Positions 20,481-30,779 of a stretch of DNA of 64,000 nt are shown here, one piece after another; positions within the stretch are counted from its first letter, which is position 1; the number at the start of each line of letters is the position of its first letter. Origin of the DNA: a virus. The stretch is taken from the IMG/VR virus record IMGVR_UViG_3300025383_000001, positions 2,657 through 66,656 of that record. One strand, 5' to 3'. The position numbers and the translations under genes are program-made. The notes below the pieces were generated by a model, which did not search any database, had not been told where the DNA came from, and saw only the letters and a program-made list of their open reading frames with translations.

Positions 20481-22633
20481 CGTCTGCCATCATTCTTAAT
20501 ATCAATACGTGGGGTACCTAGCTGCCAAGCAACCCCTAAATCGCTAGAACTAATCCTAAACGCCATCTGCCTACCACGCAATCTTGTATAAACTATACCT
20601 GTAAACTGCTGCACCGTATATTCTGGCACGTTGGTATAGTTTTGTGAACTTGTTACAACCGGCATGTCTGCTGAGCCATAGTCGGTACCAGAGTTATATC
20701 TTGGGTAAATTGCCAGCGTTACTGCCGGTTGATTAGAGTTAGAGCCGTTAAAGTTCACGTCTGGCAGCATTCGCCATACAAATCCAAAGTTGTGCCCATC
20801 CCCAATGTCAAAGTCAGAAGACTGAACATAAGAAGCAATAGGCAATACCGTTAAACCAGATGCATCATCCGTGCCTACTTCATGGTACAAAATCTTACCT
20901 AATGGATTTCCAACGGAGTCGGCCCCGGAAATAAAGGCACCCATAGGATTTTGACGAATACCAGAATCTAGCCATGCAGTACGGTTAATTGTGCCGTAAT
21001 ACCATACACGGTCAAGGTAATTGTAAATAACATACTTATCTACTACGGTAGAGTTTTGAGAGCAATAAAACCACCAGACTTCATTAAAGCCCTCGTTGCC
21101 ACCGCAAGTTACCTGCCATGCCTGATCTTTATTAATGTCGGCAAAAATGTATTGACGAAGCGAGCAAGGTAGGGTTTCTACACGACCAGAGTACATGTAA
21201 AACTTATCCGTACCCATCCAGTAGGTAACGTTATTAATTGTAATAGCAGAGTCAGGAGACATGATGGAAATGTTGTCCATCAAAATCTGGAAGCCCCAAA
21301 CATAGGGAGGCCCTAAATATTGTTGCGAATAAATTGCTGAATCAGTCCAAACCAAAATCTCTTGGCGGGTTGCACGAGCAGCCACAATATAAGAACCGTT
21401 TGATAAACGCTGTTCACCTGATTGGTTTGTATATGCTGGAACCCAGTCATATGGGTTTTCTTGGTCTGACCAACGTATAAGCATGGGGTCAAAAACAGTG
21501 TTTGAATTTGTAGGGTCATAGCTATTTGCGCCATAAGCAATAACAAAGCGCTGAATAGCGGAAGAAATAACTTGATTGGTTGTTTTAGGAACCCATACAC
21601 CAGAACCAGAAGAAGCTACGTTAGCTAAGTCAGATAGGTATGCTGCACGATTGCCTACACCATTTGCTGCAACCCAATAAAAAATAGGGCCACCACGAGG
21701 CGCAATAACTAAATCTTGTCCGTAGTTATCGTTAGACCATAGACGTAATTGCTGTCCAACACCCGTGCCCGTATTGTATGCAGAACCCCAACCACCACGA
21801 GACCAAGGACCTGCACCCCAACCATTACCTACAGAGTAAACAGAAAGGCCAACTGGGTATTCATAAGCAACCGTAATTGAAGCTGCATTTGTGGTTTGTG
21901 AGGTTGTAAACGTAATATTGGCAAGATTATTATCTGGTGTAGTAGCCAATACATAGTCATTTCCAGGAGTATATTTAAAAATCTGATGTTCGCCGTTGAT
22001 GGTTGTATTAGCAATGCCTCCTACAGATGCAGCAGAACAGTTAGAAAGAATAACAAAGTCTTTGTCATTGGCGTCGTTATTTGTGTCATACCAAGTAAAA
22101 AATGCGCTTTGAATGTTGGCACCAGCAGTATGAGACACCGCAGTTGTGTTATTAAACCCACGGACACAGTTTGTAGCAACGTTGCTACTTAGCGTATTAT
22201 AAAAAATTTGTTCGCTATCTATCTTAATAATGCCGTTTTGTTCTGGAAAGTGCAGCGCATTAGTAAAATTAATAGTGGTAGCGTTAGCCGCTATACTGTT
22301 AGCTAGCGTAGTAAAACCAGTAGCTAAAGAATTGGCATAAACCGAAGTGCCGACAATTGGCGTAATGTCGTTATAAACTCCGCCGTTTTCAATATAGTAT
22401 TTAAGGTTGGTACCAATACCAAGCAAATTTGAGCCACTTAAAGTAGCCCAATTCCAAAGCGAACGTGCAACCCCTAAAAAGTTAGCAGAGCTTAACTTAA
22501 TCCAACCACCTAACTTTTCTGGAAAGCCAGAGCGAAAGCGAATCTTATCGCCGTCGTAGTAACCGCCTTCGTTAGAATAGTTAGTGCCTTCACGGTTTAA
22601 ACCGGGGCGCAATTGGAGTTTTTGTAATGGCAT
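20477..22633 (-). CDS. Tail tubular protein B / head-closure (P22 gp10-like nozzle)
   Basis: 718-aa beta-rich protein with IRWSDQE, EVWWFY and YNYLDRVWY motifs; position upstream of ejection genes. Confidence 0.7.
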   Translation of the reverse strand: MPLQKLQLRPGLNREGTNYSNEGGYYDGDKIRFRSGFPEKLGGWIKLSSANFLGVARSLWNWATLSGSNLLGIGTNLKYYIENGGVYNDITPIVGTSVYANSLATGFTTLANSIAANATTINFTNALHFPEQNGIIKIDSEQIFYNTLSSNVATNCVRGFNNTTAVSHTAGANIQSAFFTWYDTNNDANDKDFVILSNCSAASVGGIANTTINGEHQIFKYTPGNDYVLATTPDNNLANITFTTSQTTNAASITVAYEYPVGLSVYSVGNGWGAGPWSRGGWGSAYNTGTGVGQQLRLWSNDNYGQDLVIAPRGGPIFYWVAANGVGNRAAYLSDLANVASSGSGVWVPKTTNQVISSAIQRFVIAYGANSYDPTNSNTVFDPMLIRWSDQENPYDWVPAYTNQSGEQRLSNGSYIVAARATRQEILVWTDSAIYSQQYLGPPYVWGFQILMDNISIMSPDSAITINNVTYWMGTDKFYMYSGRVETLPCSLRQYIFADINKDQAWQVTCGGNEGFNEVWWFYCSQNSTVVDKYVIYNYLDRVWYYGTINRTAWLDSGIRQNPMGAFISGADSVGNPLGKILYHEVGTDDASGLTVLPIASYVQSSDFDIGDGHNFGFVWRMLPDVNFNGSNSNQPAVTLAIYPRYNSGTDYGSADMPVVTSSQNYTNVPEYTVQQFTGIVYTRLRGRQMAFRISSSDLGVAWQLGTPRIDIKNDGRR

Positions 22634-22639
22634 ACGGGT

Positions 22640-23233
22640 TTACCCTAATACGGATAGCGCTTTCGCAATTTTAGCTTTGCGGTCATCTAAGCCAATTAAA
22701 CCGCCATTAATACGTTTTGTCATTGTCTCAAAATCCCCAGCATCTGCCAAGTCGTTTAGTCCTTTTTTGTTCCAGAACCACCCCGCAGACAAAGCAGCAT
22801 AATCAGGCTGAGCCAAAAGACCAGGTTGATTGATAAGGTCAACGCCAATTGCTTCTCCACAACGCTCATAGTTCTCCTTGCCCGTCAACTGTATCAGGCC
22901 TCTTCCGTGGTACTTAGACCCCTCACCGGATTCTTCTGAGCCATTACCCATACGGTTTGCATATACTTTGTTAGCTATCTTGACTGGGTCATGCGCATAT
23001 TTCATAGCAGTCGGCAAGTCTGGGAATCGGCTCGGCCAAACACGCATTAGTGCTTCTGGGCTGTAATTTAAGTTTTCTTCAAGAATTTTGAAATTATTAG
23101 ACTCATGAGCACACTGACCAATAAACGCTGCTTGACGTTGGGGGGTGTTAATATCATATTTAACAAAAACCTGATTAAGGGGTATATCCCACTTAGGGTC
23201 GATACCTAGTGCTTGTAATTGAAGTACAGTCAT
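22640..23233 (-). CDS. Endolysin, glycoside hydrolase family 19
   Basis: FIGQCAHES, YHGRGLIQLTGKENY, SAGWFW and TKRINGG GH19 motifs. Confidence 0.92.
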   Translation of the reverse strand: MTVLQLQALGIDPKWDIPLNQVFVKYDINTPQRQAAFIGQCAHESNNFKILEENLNYSPEALMRVWPSRFPDLPTAMKYAHDPVKIANKVYANRMGNGSEESGEGSKYHGRGLIQLTGKENYERCGEAIGVDLINQPGLLAQPDYAALSAGWFWNKKGLNDLADAGDFETMTKRINGGLIGLDDRKAKIAKALSVLG

Positions 23234-23652
23234 TTAATTCCTACTTGTTGATTAATCCAGTCTTGGAGTGAAGTTAATTGGGCCGTGGTTTCAGCGCATT
23301 GTCCAGCAAGTATTGGGTAGGCGGTTTCTGCATCAGTTCCTTTGGGGGCTGGGGAAATGCCGGACATTGAACCGCCACTGGGGTTGCGCACCCCGACAGC
23401 ATAAAAATTATGAACAGCAGCGAGCTTAGTTTCGTACTCATTTTGGATTCCTTTAGTTACTAGGTCTTGTTGTTTGACGATTGATTCATTTTTTGCTTCT
23501 TGGGTTTTTGCCACAACTTCAATTTGATTCTTGAAGTCAGCAAAACGTAAATGCTCCACATAAAAGCCAGCACTAAAGGAGCCAAATACAAGAGCAAGAT
23601 AAATGTAAGTTTGTCCACCAAGACCACCAAAAAGATTTAAAAGAAAGTTCAT
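23230..23652 (-). CDS. i-spanin (Rz-like)
   Basis: N-terminal TM helix, coiled coil, C-terminal QLTSLQDWI; lysis cassette context. Confidence 0.8.
   Translation of the reverse strand: MNFLLNLFGGLGGQTYIYLALVFGSFSAGFYVEHLRFADFKNQIEVVAKTQEAKNESIVKQQDLVTKGIQNEYETKLAAVHNFYAVGVRNPSGGSMSGISPAPKGTDAETAYPILAGQCAETTAQLTSLQDWINQQVGIK
23274..23441 (-). CDS. o-spanin (Rz1-like lipoprotein) embedded in the i-spanin gene; absent from the ORF track
   Basis: Manual translation MSTKLSSLLFIIFMLSG|CATPVAVQCPAFPQPPKELMQKPP... gives a lipobox LSGC and Pro-rich mature part; AAGGA RBS. Confidence 0.85.
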   Translation of the reverse strand: MSTKLSSLLFIIFMLSGCATPVAVQCPAFPQPPKELMQKPPTQYLLDNALKPRPN

Positions 23653-23873
23653 TGTGGTTCAGAGCCTTGCTTCATTGCAACAGAAGCACCGCCAGCGGCA
23701 GATACAATACCCAAAGCTTCTGCAAGTTCACGAATGCTAACTTGATTGGTATGAATAACTTCCCACAAGGCTACGGCAATAACCGCAATCAAACTAATTA
23801 GCCATGTCCAACGACCAAGGTCGTGGGTTTTGTTGTCTTTACCAGTAAGTAAATGTTGAATAATATCGTTCAT
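23649..23873 (-). CDS. Holin
   Basis: 74 aa with two hydrophobic helices, directly upstream of spanin and endolysin. Confidence 0.65.
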   Translation of the reverse strand: MNDIIQHLLTGKDNKTHDLGRWTWLISLIAVIAVALWEVIHTNQVSIRELAEALGIVSAAGGASVAMKQGSEPQ

Positions 23874-23876
23874 TGT

Positions 23877-24329
23877 TTACCCTTTAATGCCCCATGTAAG
23901 ATACCAAGCAATGACTGCAGCCGCTGCAAAGCAATAGAACTGAACTCGCCTAACTGCTTTAAGATCGTGCTGAAATTCTTCGTCATTCTTACGCTCCAAA
24001 TTTTCTATATCTAACTTAAGTTTAAGAACGGCTTCCCATTCTTTTGCACCATACTTCTTTACAAACTCTATTTTTAAGTTTGCCTCCTCATCGGAGATTT
24101 GCTTCTTTCTCTTCCATTCTTCGAGTGCTTTAATCAGCGCCCTTTCCTTCTTTAACTCTGCTTCTCTTGCAGCCCTCAATCTCTCTTGGGCTTTGTGTTG
24201 TGCCACTTGCGCAGCGTCTTGTTGAACGTTTTCGATACTCCTAGTAAGTTTTTTACTAGCCTCAAGGCTAGAATCCATACTTTTACTAAGGGCCTTTGCT
24301 CCTTCCGAAAACCCGAATCCGTCTGACAT
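23877..24329 (-). CDS. Coiled-coil protein with C-terminal TM helix (lysis-associated?)
   Basis: Charged helix followed by FYCFAAAAVIAWYLTW. Confidence 0.55.
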   Translation of the reverse strand: MSDGFGFSEGAKALSKSMDSSLEASKKLTRSIENVQQDAAQVAQHKAQERLRAAREAELKKERALIKALEEWKRKKQISDEEANLKIEFVKKYGAKEWEAVLKLKLDIENLERKNDEEFQHDLKAVRRVQFYCFAAAAVIAWYLTWGIKG

Positions 24330-24346
24330 ATGACACTTTTTTCACC

Positions 24347-24514
24347 TTAAAAAGTAATACCAAACATAGGCAATGGGTCTACAGTAACTGTTGCGTTTTG
24401 AATCGGGGCCTTAAGTTCAGCATGGCAAAAACTACATGAATTACAAGCAAGCTCTATCTGCGTTACTTCCTTTTTGCACTCTGGGCACGCAAGTTCTATT
24501 TTGGTATCGCTCAT
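24347..24514 (-). CDS. Small Zn-ribbon protein (55 aa; absent from the ORF track)
   Basis: MSDTKIELACPECKK..CNSCSFCH; ATGA overlap with upstream stop. Confidence 0.55.
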   Translation of the reverse strand: MSDTKIELACPECKKEVTQIELACNSCSFCHAELKAPIQNATVTVDPLPMFGITF

Positions 24515-24888
24515 TTGCTACTCCATTGTGCTGTTGGTTGTGTAGGCCATACTGGGTTAGCAACCGGATTAATTGCATATTGACGCACGGCATTACGGTA
24601 AGTGTTAAACTCGGCGGCGTTTGTTAGGTATGGGTTTGACTTAGCTGGGTCAGATACATCGGCAATCGTTGTCCAGTCGGTTTGGTAAAGAAACTGAGAA
24701 GCTTTTTGTTGGCAGGCAGTAATTGGCGCTTGTGCATCCAGTCTGATAATTTCGTTATTCACTTCCGCTTCGCTAGGTTGTGGAATATCTGGTGAAAACC
24801 ATTGAATACCAGAATAGGTATTACCTAAAACACCAAATTGTGCAGTTGGGGTTAGTGCGCATAGCGCATCGTATACTGTAGCTGCCAT
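24511..24888 (-). CDS. Tail fibre assembly chaperone
   Basis: LYQTDWT..YRNAVR..PVWPTQP motif typical of Tfa-like chaperones; start reassigned to ATG 24888. Confidence 0.7.
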   Translation of the reverse strand: MAATVYDALCALTPTAQFGVLGNTYSGIQWFSPDIPQPSEAEVNNEIIRLDAQAPITACQQKASQFLYQTDWTTIADVSDPAKSNPYLTNAAEFNTYRNAVRQYAINPVANPVWPTQPTAQWSSK

Positions 24889-25835
24889 TATAAAATCTCC
24901 AATAAAGTCATAGTGCAATAGCCCCAAATACCAGCGCCGCCGCCTTGTGACCAAACATATGGTTGGTATGTAACTGTGCTGGTTGTTGCTGGCGAATCTG
25001 TAAGGCTAACCGCACAAGAAGCGTATAAGTTACTATTGTCAGATAACAAATCAGCCATAAAGTTTGTACCACCAGCTATATTAGTGCTGTTTCTGTACAT
25101 GGTTAACCAGGCATTTCCAGAAGGGTTGCCACCAGAACCAGACGGGTTAAAAAATGGGCCACTATAAAGCACCAATATTTTGCTTGCTGTTGAAGTTGGT
25201 GTAATACTTAAACTAAATCCTGTAGCTGTTGGACTTTGGTTATTTGTTGAATATCCGGCAGTAAAAGAACCCGATACTGTTTGAACAATCCGTCCGGTAA
25301 TACCTGTAAATGAGCCAGCAGAAATACTACCCGTCACAGCTACGTTACCACCAATTGTTGCGTTATTAGTTACAGATACGTTATTACCAAAAGCACCTGA
25401 ACCACTAACAGTTAAATTACCTACAACGCTATTTAAAGAAGGCGTTGCGCTATAAAAATTAGTTCCATCGCAATACACTAAAGCAGTTGTATTGTTTAAA
25501 ATAGTAATGCCATTACCGCCACTAGTCGTAATGTTAACTGTGTTACCGCTTTGGTTGCTAACAATATAGGTTTTATTAACACCTGGAGCAATTAAGTTTT
25601 GTTGAGCTAGATTAGTGCCTTTTACTACTAGAACAGCATTTCGAGCTTCGTCAGATGCGCCTTGATAAAAAGACAGGGTGTAGGTAGCGTTTGACATGGT
25701 GATTGTTTGCACACCAGTAATTGCCTGCTCAACAAGGGTTCCAAAATTATTATTGGTTGTAATACCCCAAGTGCCGGACTGTTCGCCCTGACCGATTAAT
25801 TCAAGCCCTAGGCTTGTGCTGTATGTAGATGCCAT
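24888..25835 (-). CDS. Tail fibre protein
   Basis: MASTYS..GEQSGTWG N-terminus; C-terminal SITPTSTASKILV..DSPATTSTVTY..MTLLEI receptor-binding-type domain. Confidence 0.7.
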   Translation of the reverse strand: MASTYSTSLGLELIGQGEQSGTWGITTNNNFGTLVEQAITGVQTITMSNATYTLSFYQGASDEARNAVLVVKGTNLAQQNLIAPGVNKTYIVSNQSGNTVNITTSGGNGITILNNTTALVYCDGTNFYSATPSLNSVVGNLTVSGSGAFGNNVSVTNNATIGGNVAVTGSISAGSFTGITGRIVQTVSGSFTAGYSTNNQSPTATGFSLSITPTSTASKILVLYSGPFFNPSGSGGNPSGNAWLTMYRNSTNIAGGTNFMADLLSDNSNLYASCAVSLTDSPATTSTVTYQPYVWSQGGGAGIWGYCTMTLLEIL

Positions 25836-25844
25836 GTTTGTCCT

Positions 25845-27146
25845 TTATGCTGCTATAAGTTCCCAATTTGCGGTTTCTGAATCATCAATTGCTGTCCATC
25901 CATCTGTACCAGAAGTATTAATATTTGTCCAATTTGGATTTTGGTCATCAGGAATTTGACCCCAAACAAGGACTTGACCAATTATACCTGGTGCAACTAT
26001 TCCTGTTAAGTAGATATTAGACGATATTTGGGTAGATACTGAATTAACCTGACCAATACCTTTTACGCCTGAAACTGCAACAAAAGGCGATACGGATGCT
26101 GATACAGAACGTACAATTCCAAGGCCTATTACTTGGGTTAAAGCGACCTGTGAAGATACCGCAGCCGTTATGGAATTAACCTGACCAAGACCAACTACGC
26201 CAGTAACGGCAACATTGGCAGAAACCGTAACAGTTACAGAATGTACTGAACCTATGCCCTGAACACCTGTTAAATTAATATTTGCTGCACCTGCTGGGGT
26301 TACAGAATTGATTTGTCCTGGGGCATTAATACCCGATAGATAGTCATTTGCAGCGCCTTTAGCTACTACGTTATTTACTTGGCCTGGCCCAGATATTCCA
26401 GTTAGTAGGGTGTTTGCAGTACCTGCGGCTGTTAATGTGCCAGTACGTCCAATGCCGGTTACGCCTGTTACCGAGATAATTCCGTCTTCATTGACGGTTA
26501 CGTTGTTTACTTGTCCAGGCGCATTTATTCCGGATAAATACTCATTTGCGTTGGCGGCTACTGTTACAGAACCAACTTGTCCTAAACCAACCAGACCAAT
26601 TACGCCAACTCTTCCATCATCTTGAGCCGATATAAACCCAACTTGCCCTAAACCTACTACACCACTTAATAAAATCCTAGCGTCAGGAGTTTGAGCATAA
26701 ACGGAATTAACTTGGCCCGGCGCATTAATTCCAGAAAGGTTTGCGTTTGCGGTACCGGTTTCGGCTACACTATTAACTTGGCCCGGCGCAGATATTCCAG
26801 TTACAGAAGCGTTAGCACCTGAAGCAAAAGAAACACTATTGACCTGTCCTGGCGCAGATGTACCTGCTAGATAGTCGTTTGCCGCACCTGTTGCTACTAC
26901 GTTGTTTACTTGGCCCGGAACTCTTAATCCAGTAACTGCAATGTTTATCGTAGTAATAAACGATACGTTATTTACCTGACCAATACCTGTTACGCCAGTA
27001 AGCGTAATGCTTGCACTAGCAGTTGTTGCTACGGAGTTAATTTGCCCAATACCTACTACACCAGTAAGCGTTACCGATGCTGGTACTGAAGTTATGCCCC
27101 CTGTATCTGCAAATGGGGCCGAGGCAAATGGGCTAAAACCGAACAT
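25845..27146 (-). CDS. Repetitive beta-rich virion/fibre protein
   Basis: Many ~21-aa repeats containing G(I/V)xGxGQV(N/G); MFGFSPFA N-terminus. Confidence 0.6.
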   Translation of the reverse strand: MFGFSPFASAPFADTGGITSVPASVTLTGVVGIGQINSVATTASASITLTGVTGIGQVNNVSFITTINIAVTGLRVPGQVNNVVATGAANDYLAGTSAPGQVNSVSFASGANASVTGISAPGQVNSVAETGTANANLSGINAPGQVNSVYAQTPDARILLSGVVGLGQVGFISAQDDGRVGVIGLVGLGQVGSVTVAANANEYLSGINAPGQVNNVTVNEDGIISVTGVTGIGRTGTLTAAGTANTLLTGISGPGQVNNVVAKGAANDYLSGINAPGQINSVTPAGAANINLTGVQGIGSVHSVTVTVSANVAVTGVVGLGQVNSITAAVSSQVALTQVIGLGIVRSVSASVSPFVAVSGVKGIGQVNSVSTQISSNIYLTGIVAPGIIGQVLVWGQIPDDQNPNWTNINTSGTDGWTAIDDSETANWELIAA

Positions 27147-27149
27147 GGT

Positions 27150-28436
27150 CTACCCTGTGTAAGTGCCGCTACTTGTAAAAGTATGAATTGTGTAGCCGCC
27201 TGAAGAAGTAACCGTACCTCCAGTGCCACGTTGTGATCCAAGGTAAGAAATTACTACAATTCCATTGCTACCATTGCCACCATAATAAGGTCCGTTACTA
27301 GCAGCAGATGCACCTCCACCTCCGCAACCGTATCCAGATGCACCGCCACCGTTAGCGCTTGCTCCAGTTCCACCGCCTCCGCCACCTGTACCGCCAGATC
27401 CAGCTCCATAAGCTGCGCCACCGCCTCCAGCACCGCCAGCAGCATAATATACAGATGATCCGCTTATTGTTGACACTAAACCAGATCCACCATTACCACC
27501 AACAGTAGATTGACCAGCTTGACCAGCAGCGCCTGCGCCACCACCGCCTCCGCCATTAACTCCACCAGCAGAAGCTCCATTATTTCCTTGCCCAACTGTT
27601 CCAGATCCAAAAGAACTGCTATAAATACCAGCCCCACCTCCAGATCCACCAGAAAGACCAGCAACACTACCGTTACCACTTCCTCCGCCACCACCGCCAA
27701 CTGCAGTAAGGCCAAAAGCTGTAGAGTTTGAACCGCTGGAACCAGTGCCACCGCCACCACCCGCACCTCCAACAACAATTGAATACGCTTGATTTGGAGC
27801 TACTGTAGTGCTGTTAGCAAGTAATCCACCGCCTCCGCCACCGCCAGCACCTCCGTTATTTGAACCACCGCCGCCACCGCCACCAGCAACAATTAAATAA
27901 TTAACAGAATATCCACCAACTACTGGAGAAGCAATACCAGAATATTGCAACCATCCTTGAACGCCATCTGCATAAACTAATGACACAGAAGCGCCAGCAG
28001 TAGAAATTGTTGAATTAGCAGTAGTTCCCTCTACATAACTACCATTAGGCAATATAACTAAAGCGTTTACGTTAAAGTTTTTCTTGTAATCAATAAAAGT
28101 TACATATTGTCCTGCAGTAGGACTTGTAGGAAGGTTTACATAAACAGATGTTGATACAGTATTAATTGCATATGTACTGTTTGAAACTGCTGTAAAGTTA
28201 GCAGATTGAATTGCTTGAAATGTTCCAGGACCACCACCACCAACTGCAGCGGTTGTCATTGTTGTACCATCTTGGAATTTTAAAGTACCACCAAGATTTA
28301 CTGTATTCGCAGTTGTAGCAGTTAAAAGCGTTACGCCGTTGGCTTGGAGTGCAAGGTTGCCTGAGTTATCCGCAGTTGTGCGAACCCCTGTTATTCCTGA
28401 TATGACGCCATTGTCGGCATTAATAGTTGAAGCCAT
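27150..28436 (-). CDS. Glycine-rich tail fibre-like protein 1
   Basis: VNYLIVAGGGGGG domain; C-terminal GGTVTSSGGYTIHTFTSSGTYT. Confidence 0.7.
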   Translation of the reverse strand: MASTINADNGVISGITGVRTTADNSGNLALQANGVTLLTATTANTVNLGGTLKFQDGTTMTTAAVGGGGPGTFQAIQSANFTAVSNSTYAINTVSTSVYVNLPTSPTAGQYVTFIDYKKNFNVNALVILPNGSYVEGTTANSTISTAGASVSLVYADGVQGWLQYSGIASPVVGGYSVNYLIVAGGGGGGGSNNGGAGGGGGGGLLANSTTVAPNQAYSIVVGGAGGGGGTGSSGSNSTAFGLTAVGGGGGGSGNGSVAGLSGGSGGGAGIYSSSFGSGTVGQGNNGASAGGVNGGGGGGAGAAGQAGQSTVGGNGGSGLVSTISGSSVYYAAGGAGGGGAAYGAGSGGTGGGGGGTGASANGGGASGYGCGGGGASAASNGPYYGGNGSNGIVVISYLGSQRGTGGTVTSSGGYTIHTFTSSGTYTG

Positions 28437-28445
28437 TATTTTTCC

Positions 28446-29426
28446 TTAAGCCGTATATGTGCCAGATGATGTAAATTTCATGATTGTATTGCTGCCTGAT
28501 GTTGTAACAGTGGGTGATCCTGTTGTAACGCCTGAATAGTTTGTTGTAGGCACTGAAATAATAACAACACCTGATCCACCAGCACCACTAGCAAAATCGC
28601 TTGAGCTATTACGCCCTGCTCCACCTCCACCACCGCCTAAATTGGCTGTACCAGCCGTTGCAGCGCCATTAGTTGAGCCTGCGCCACCACCACCGTTACC
28701 ACCAGCACCAGCAGATCCACCTAAAACAACGCCACCACCACCACCAGCTGCATAATAAACACTAGATCCTGTAATAGTATTTGCTACGCCAACACCACCA
28801 GCGCCACCAGTTGTATCTGTTCCATTAGAGCCTACTGCACCAGCTCCGCCACCGCCACCACCACCAGCGTTGTTAGAACCACTATATGTAGTTCCAGAAC
28901 CACCATTATTTCCTTGTCCTGCAGTTCCTGCTCCATACGCACCAGTTGCTCTAGCACCACCGCCAGACCCGCCACTAGAAGCATCGTTATAGCCACCACC
29001 GCCACCACCATTAGCGGTTAAAGATAATCCTGTTGAATTGTTGCCTACAGTTCCTTGTGCGCCTGTAACACTAGCACCACCAGCACCAACGACAAAATAA
29101 TAAGTAGTTCCTATATTTAATGTAGTTGCACTAGATAAATAACCTCCAGCACCTCCACCGCCACCACCAGCAAATCCACCTGAAGTAACTCCAGAGCCAG
29201 CCCCACCACCAGCAACAATTAAATAAGATGCTGTATACGCTTGTTGAGTAATTACAGTCCACCCAGATCCAGAATAAACTTCTGTTTGGTTGGTAGATGT
29301 GTTGTAACGTATTGTCCCAGCAACTGGAGCTGATGGGCGTTGTGCAGTTGTTCCAGACGGCAACAAAATACCCTGCGTTGCAGAGTTTGCGGTTATTCCA
29401 AGCGAACCATCAATAATTACCGTCAT
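28446..29426 (-). CDS. Glycine-rich tail fibre-like protein 2
   Basis: PSGTTAQRP..GTIRYN N-terminal module plus Gly-rich domain. Confidence 0.7.
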   Translation of the reverse strand: MTVIIDGSLGITANSATQGILLPSGTTAQRPSAPVAGTIRYNTSTNQTEVYSGSGWTVITQQAYTASYLIVAGGGAGSGVTSGGFAGGGGGGAGGYLSSATTLNIGTTYYFVVGAGGASVTGAQGTVGNNSTGLSLTANGGGGGGYNDASSGGSGGGARATGAYGAGTAGQGNNGGSGTTYSGSNNAGGGGGGGAGAVGSNGTDTTGGAGGVGVANTITGSSVYYAAGGGGGVVLGGSAGAGGNGGGGAGSTNGAATAGTANLGGGGGGAGRNSSSDFASGAGGSGVVIISVPTTNYSGVTTGSPTVTTSGSNTIMKFTSSGTYTA

Positions 29427-29435
29427 GGTAAATCC

Positions 29436-29813
29436 TTAAACTGTTATTTCAACCCAAGCTGTAGTAGCTTCATCCCACTTGTATGGTTTGCCGTCTGTTG
29501 GCATTGGTGTCGGTGCTTCCCACGTCCATGTAGAATGATTTAATGTCCAGCTTGCGTATGGTTGAGGAGCATAAAAAACATCATGCGCTTGGTCGTATGT
29601 ATAACCAATACCAGCGTAGTTACCACGAAGAGCTTTGGTTTGATCCGCAGATTCTTGACCTGTAGCTGGGTCGTAGTGTTTTCCGCCACGGGTGTTATAG
29701 CTAGTCTGAATCCAAGCACCGGGGCTAGAATCCACAAATGTTTTAAAAAAATCGGCTTCAGCGACAATCACTTGTGTCACTTTGCCATCTACTACTTTTG
29801 CATAATGGCTCAT
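29436..29813 (-). CDS. Fibre-associated protein (chaperone-like)
   Basis: MSHYAKV..WIQTSYN..NYAGIGYTYD..WEAPTPMP pattern; located between Gly-rich fibre genes. Confidence 0.55.
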   Translation of the reverse strand: MSHYAKVVDGKVTQVIVAEADFFKTFVDSSPGAWIQTSYNTRGGKHYDPATGQESADQTKALRGNYAGIGYTYDQAHDVFYAPQPYASWTLNHSTWTWEAPTPMPTDGKPYKWDEATTAWVEITV

Positions 29814-29828
29814 GTAATATCTCCTTTG

Positions 29829-30779
29829 TTAAGCCGTATAAGTACCACTAGTTGTAAATGTGTGAATTGTATTACCACCTGATGATGTTACTGTGCCTCC
29901 AGTGCCACGTTGAGTTCCAGCATATGAAATAATAACTATGCCAGAAGCACCGCTTCCAAAAATTCCGCCATTTCCTGAATTAGCAGGTGCAGAACCTCCA
30001 GCAGCTCCCCCTGTGCAATATGTAACTGTAGAACCAGAAATTGTAGAGTTTGCACCAGGACCAGCAGTTCCGTATGCACCAGAAGATGCAGCTCCTCCAA
30101 CACCGCCAGCGCCGCCACCGCCACCACTATTACCTGCGTTAGCCCCATTTCCACCAGCATAACCTTGACCCGAAGTTCCAGCACCGCCAGTACTACCAGT
30201 GCTTGGGCCTCCACCGCCACCACCTCCAGAAGCTCCAGCCACACCATTGTTACCTTGACCAGAAGAAGCTCCAGAGCCACCGCCACCACCACCAAGTGCT
30301 GTTGCAATTGCCCCTAAAGAAGATGATGTTCCATTTGCACCGTTTGCAGCAGAAGTCCCAGGATTAGTTCCTCCAGCGCCAATCGTAACTGCATAACCAA
30401 CACCGCCAGTCAAAGTTGTAGTATTTGCTAAATAACCACCAGCACCACCGCCACCACCAGCATAACCACCGGGAGAGCCACCCCCGCCTCCGCCCCCGCC
30501 AGCAACCAAATAATTAACTGAATATGTTTGAGAAGTTATGGTTGACCAAGTTAAACCAGTATAGATTTCTGTATTGTTATTACTTGTGTTATATCGAATA
30601 GTTCCAGCGGGAGGACTTGATGGTCTTTGTGCATCTGTACCAGTTGGTACAGTTAAGCCGCCTGTAGATGAGTTAGTGAATATCATTCCACCAGTAGTGG
30701 AAACTATTACATTGCCAGTAAGATCAGCAGTTACTTTAAACGCTGTAGTAGTTGTATTTCCTGCGCTTATCGTACTCAT
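29829..30779 (-). CDS. Glycine-rich tail fibre-like protein 3
   Basis: PTGTDAQRP..GTIRYN; Gly-rich domain; C-terminus paralogous to 27150-28436. Confidence 0.7.
   Translation of the reverse strand: MSTISAGNTTTTAFKVTADLTGNVIVSTTGGMIFTNSSTGGLTVPTGTDAQRPSSPPAGTIRYNTSNNNTEIYTGLTWSTITSQTYSVNYLVAGGGGGGGGSPGGYAGGGGGAGGYLANTTTLTGGVGYAVTIGAGGTNPGTSAANGANGTSSSLGAIATALGGGGGGSGASSGQGNNGVAGASGGGGGGGPSTGSTGGAGTSGQGYAGGNGANAGNSGGGGGAGGVGGAASSGAYGTAGPGANSTISGSTVTYCTGGAAGGSAPANSGNGGIFGSGASGIVIISYAGTQRGTGGTVTSSGGNTIHTFTTSGTYTA

Noticed and set aside
24888-30779. Diversity-generating retroelement acting on the fibre genes
   Set aside because: No reverse transcriptase, and no template/variable repeat pair differing only at adenines was seen
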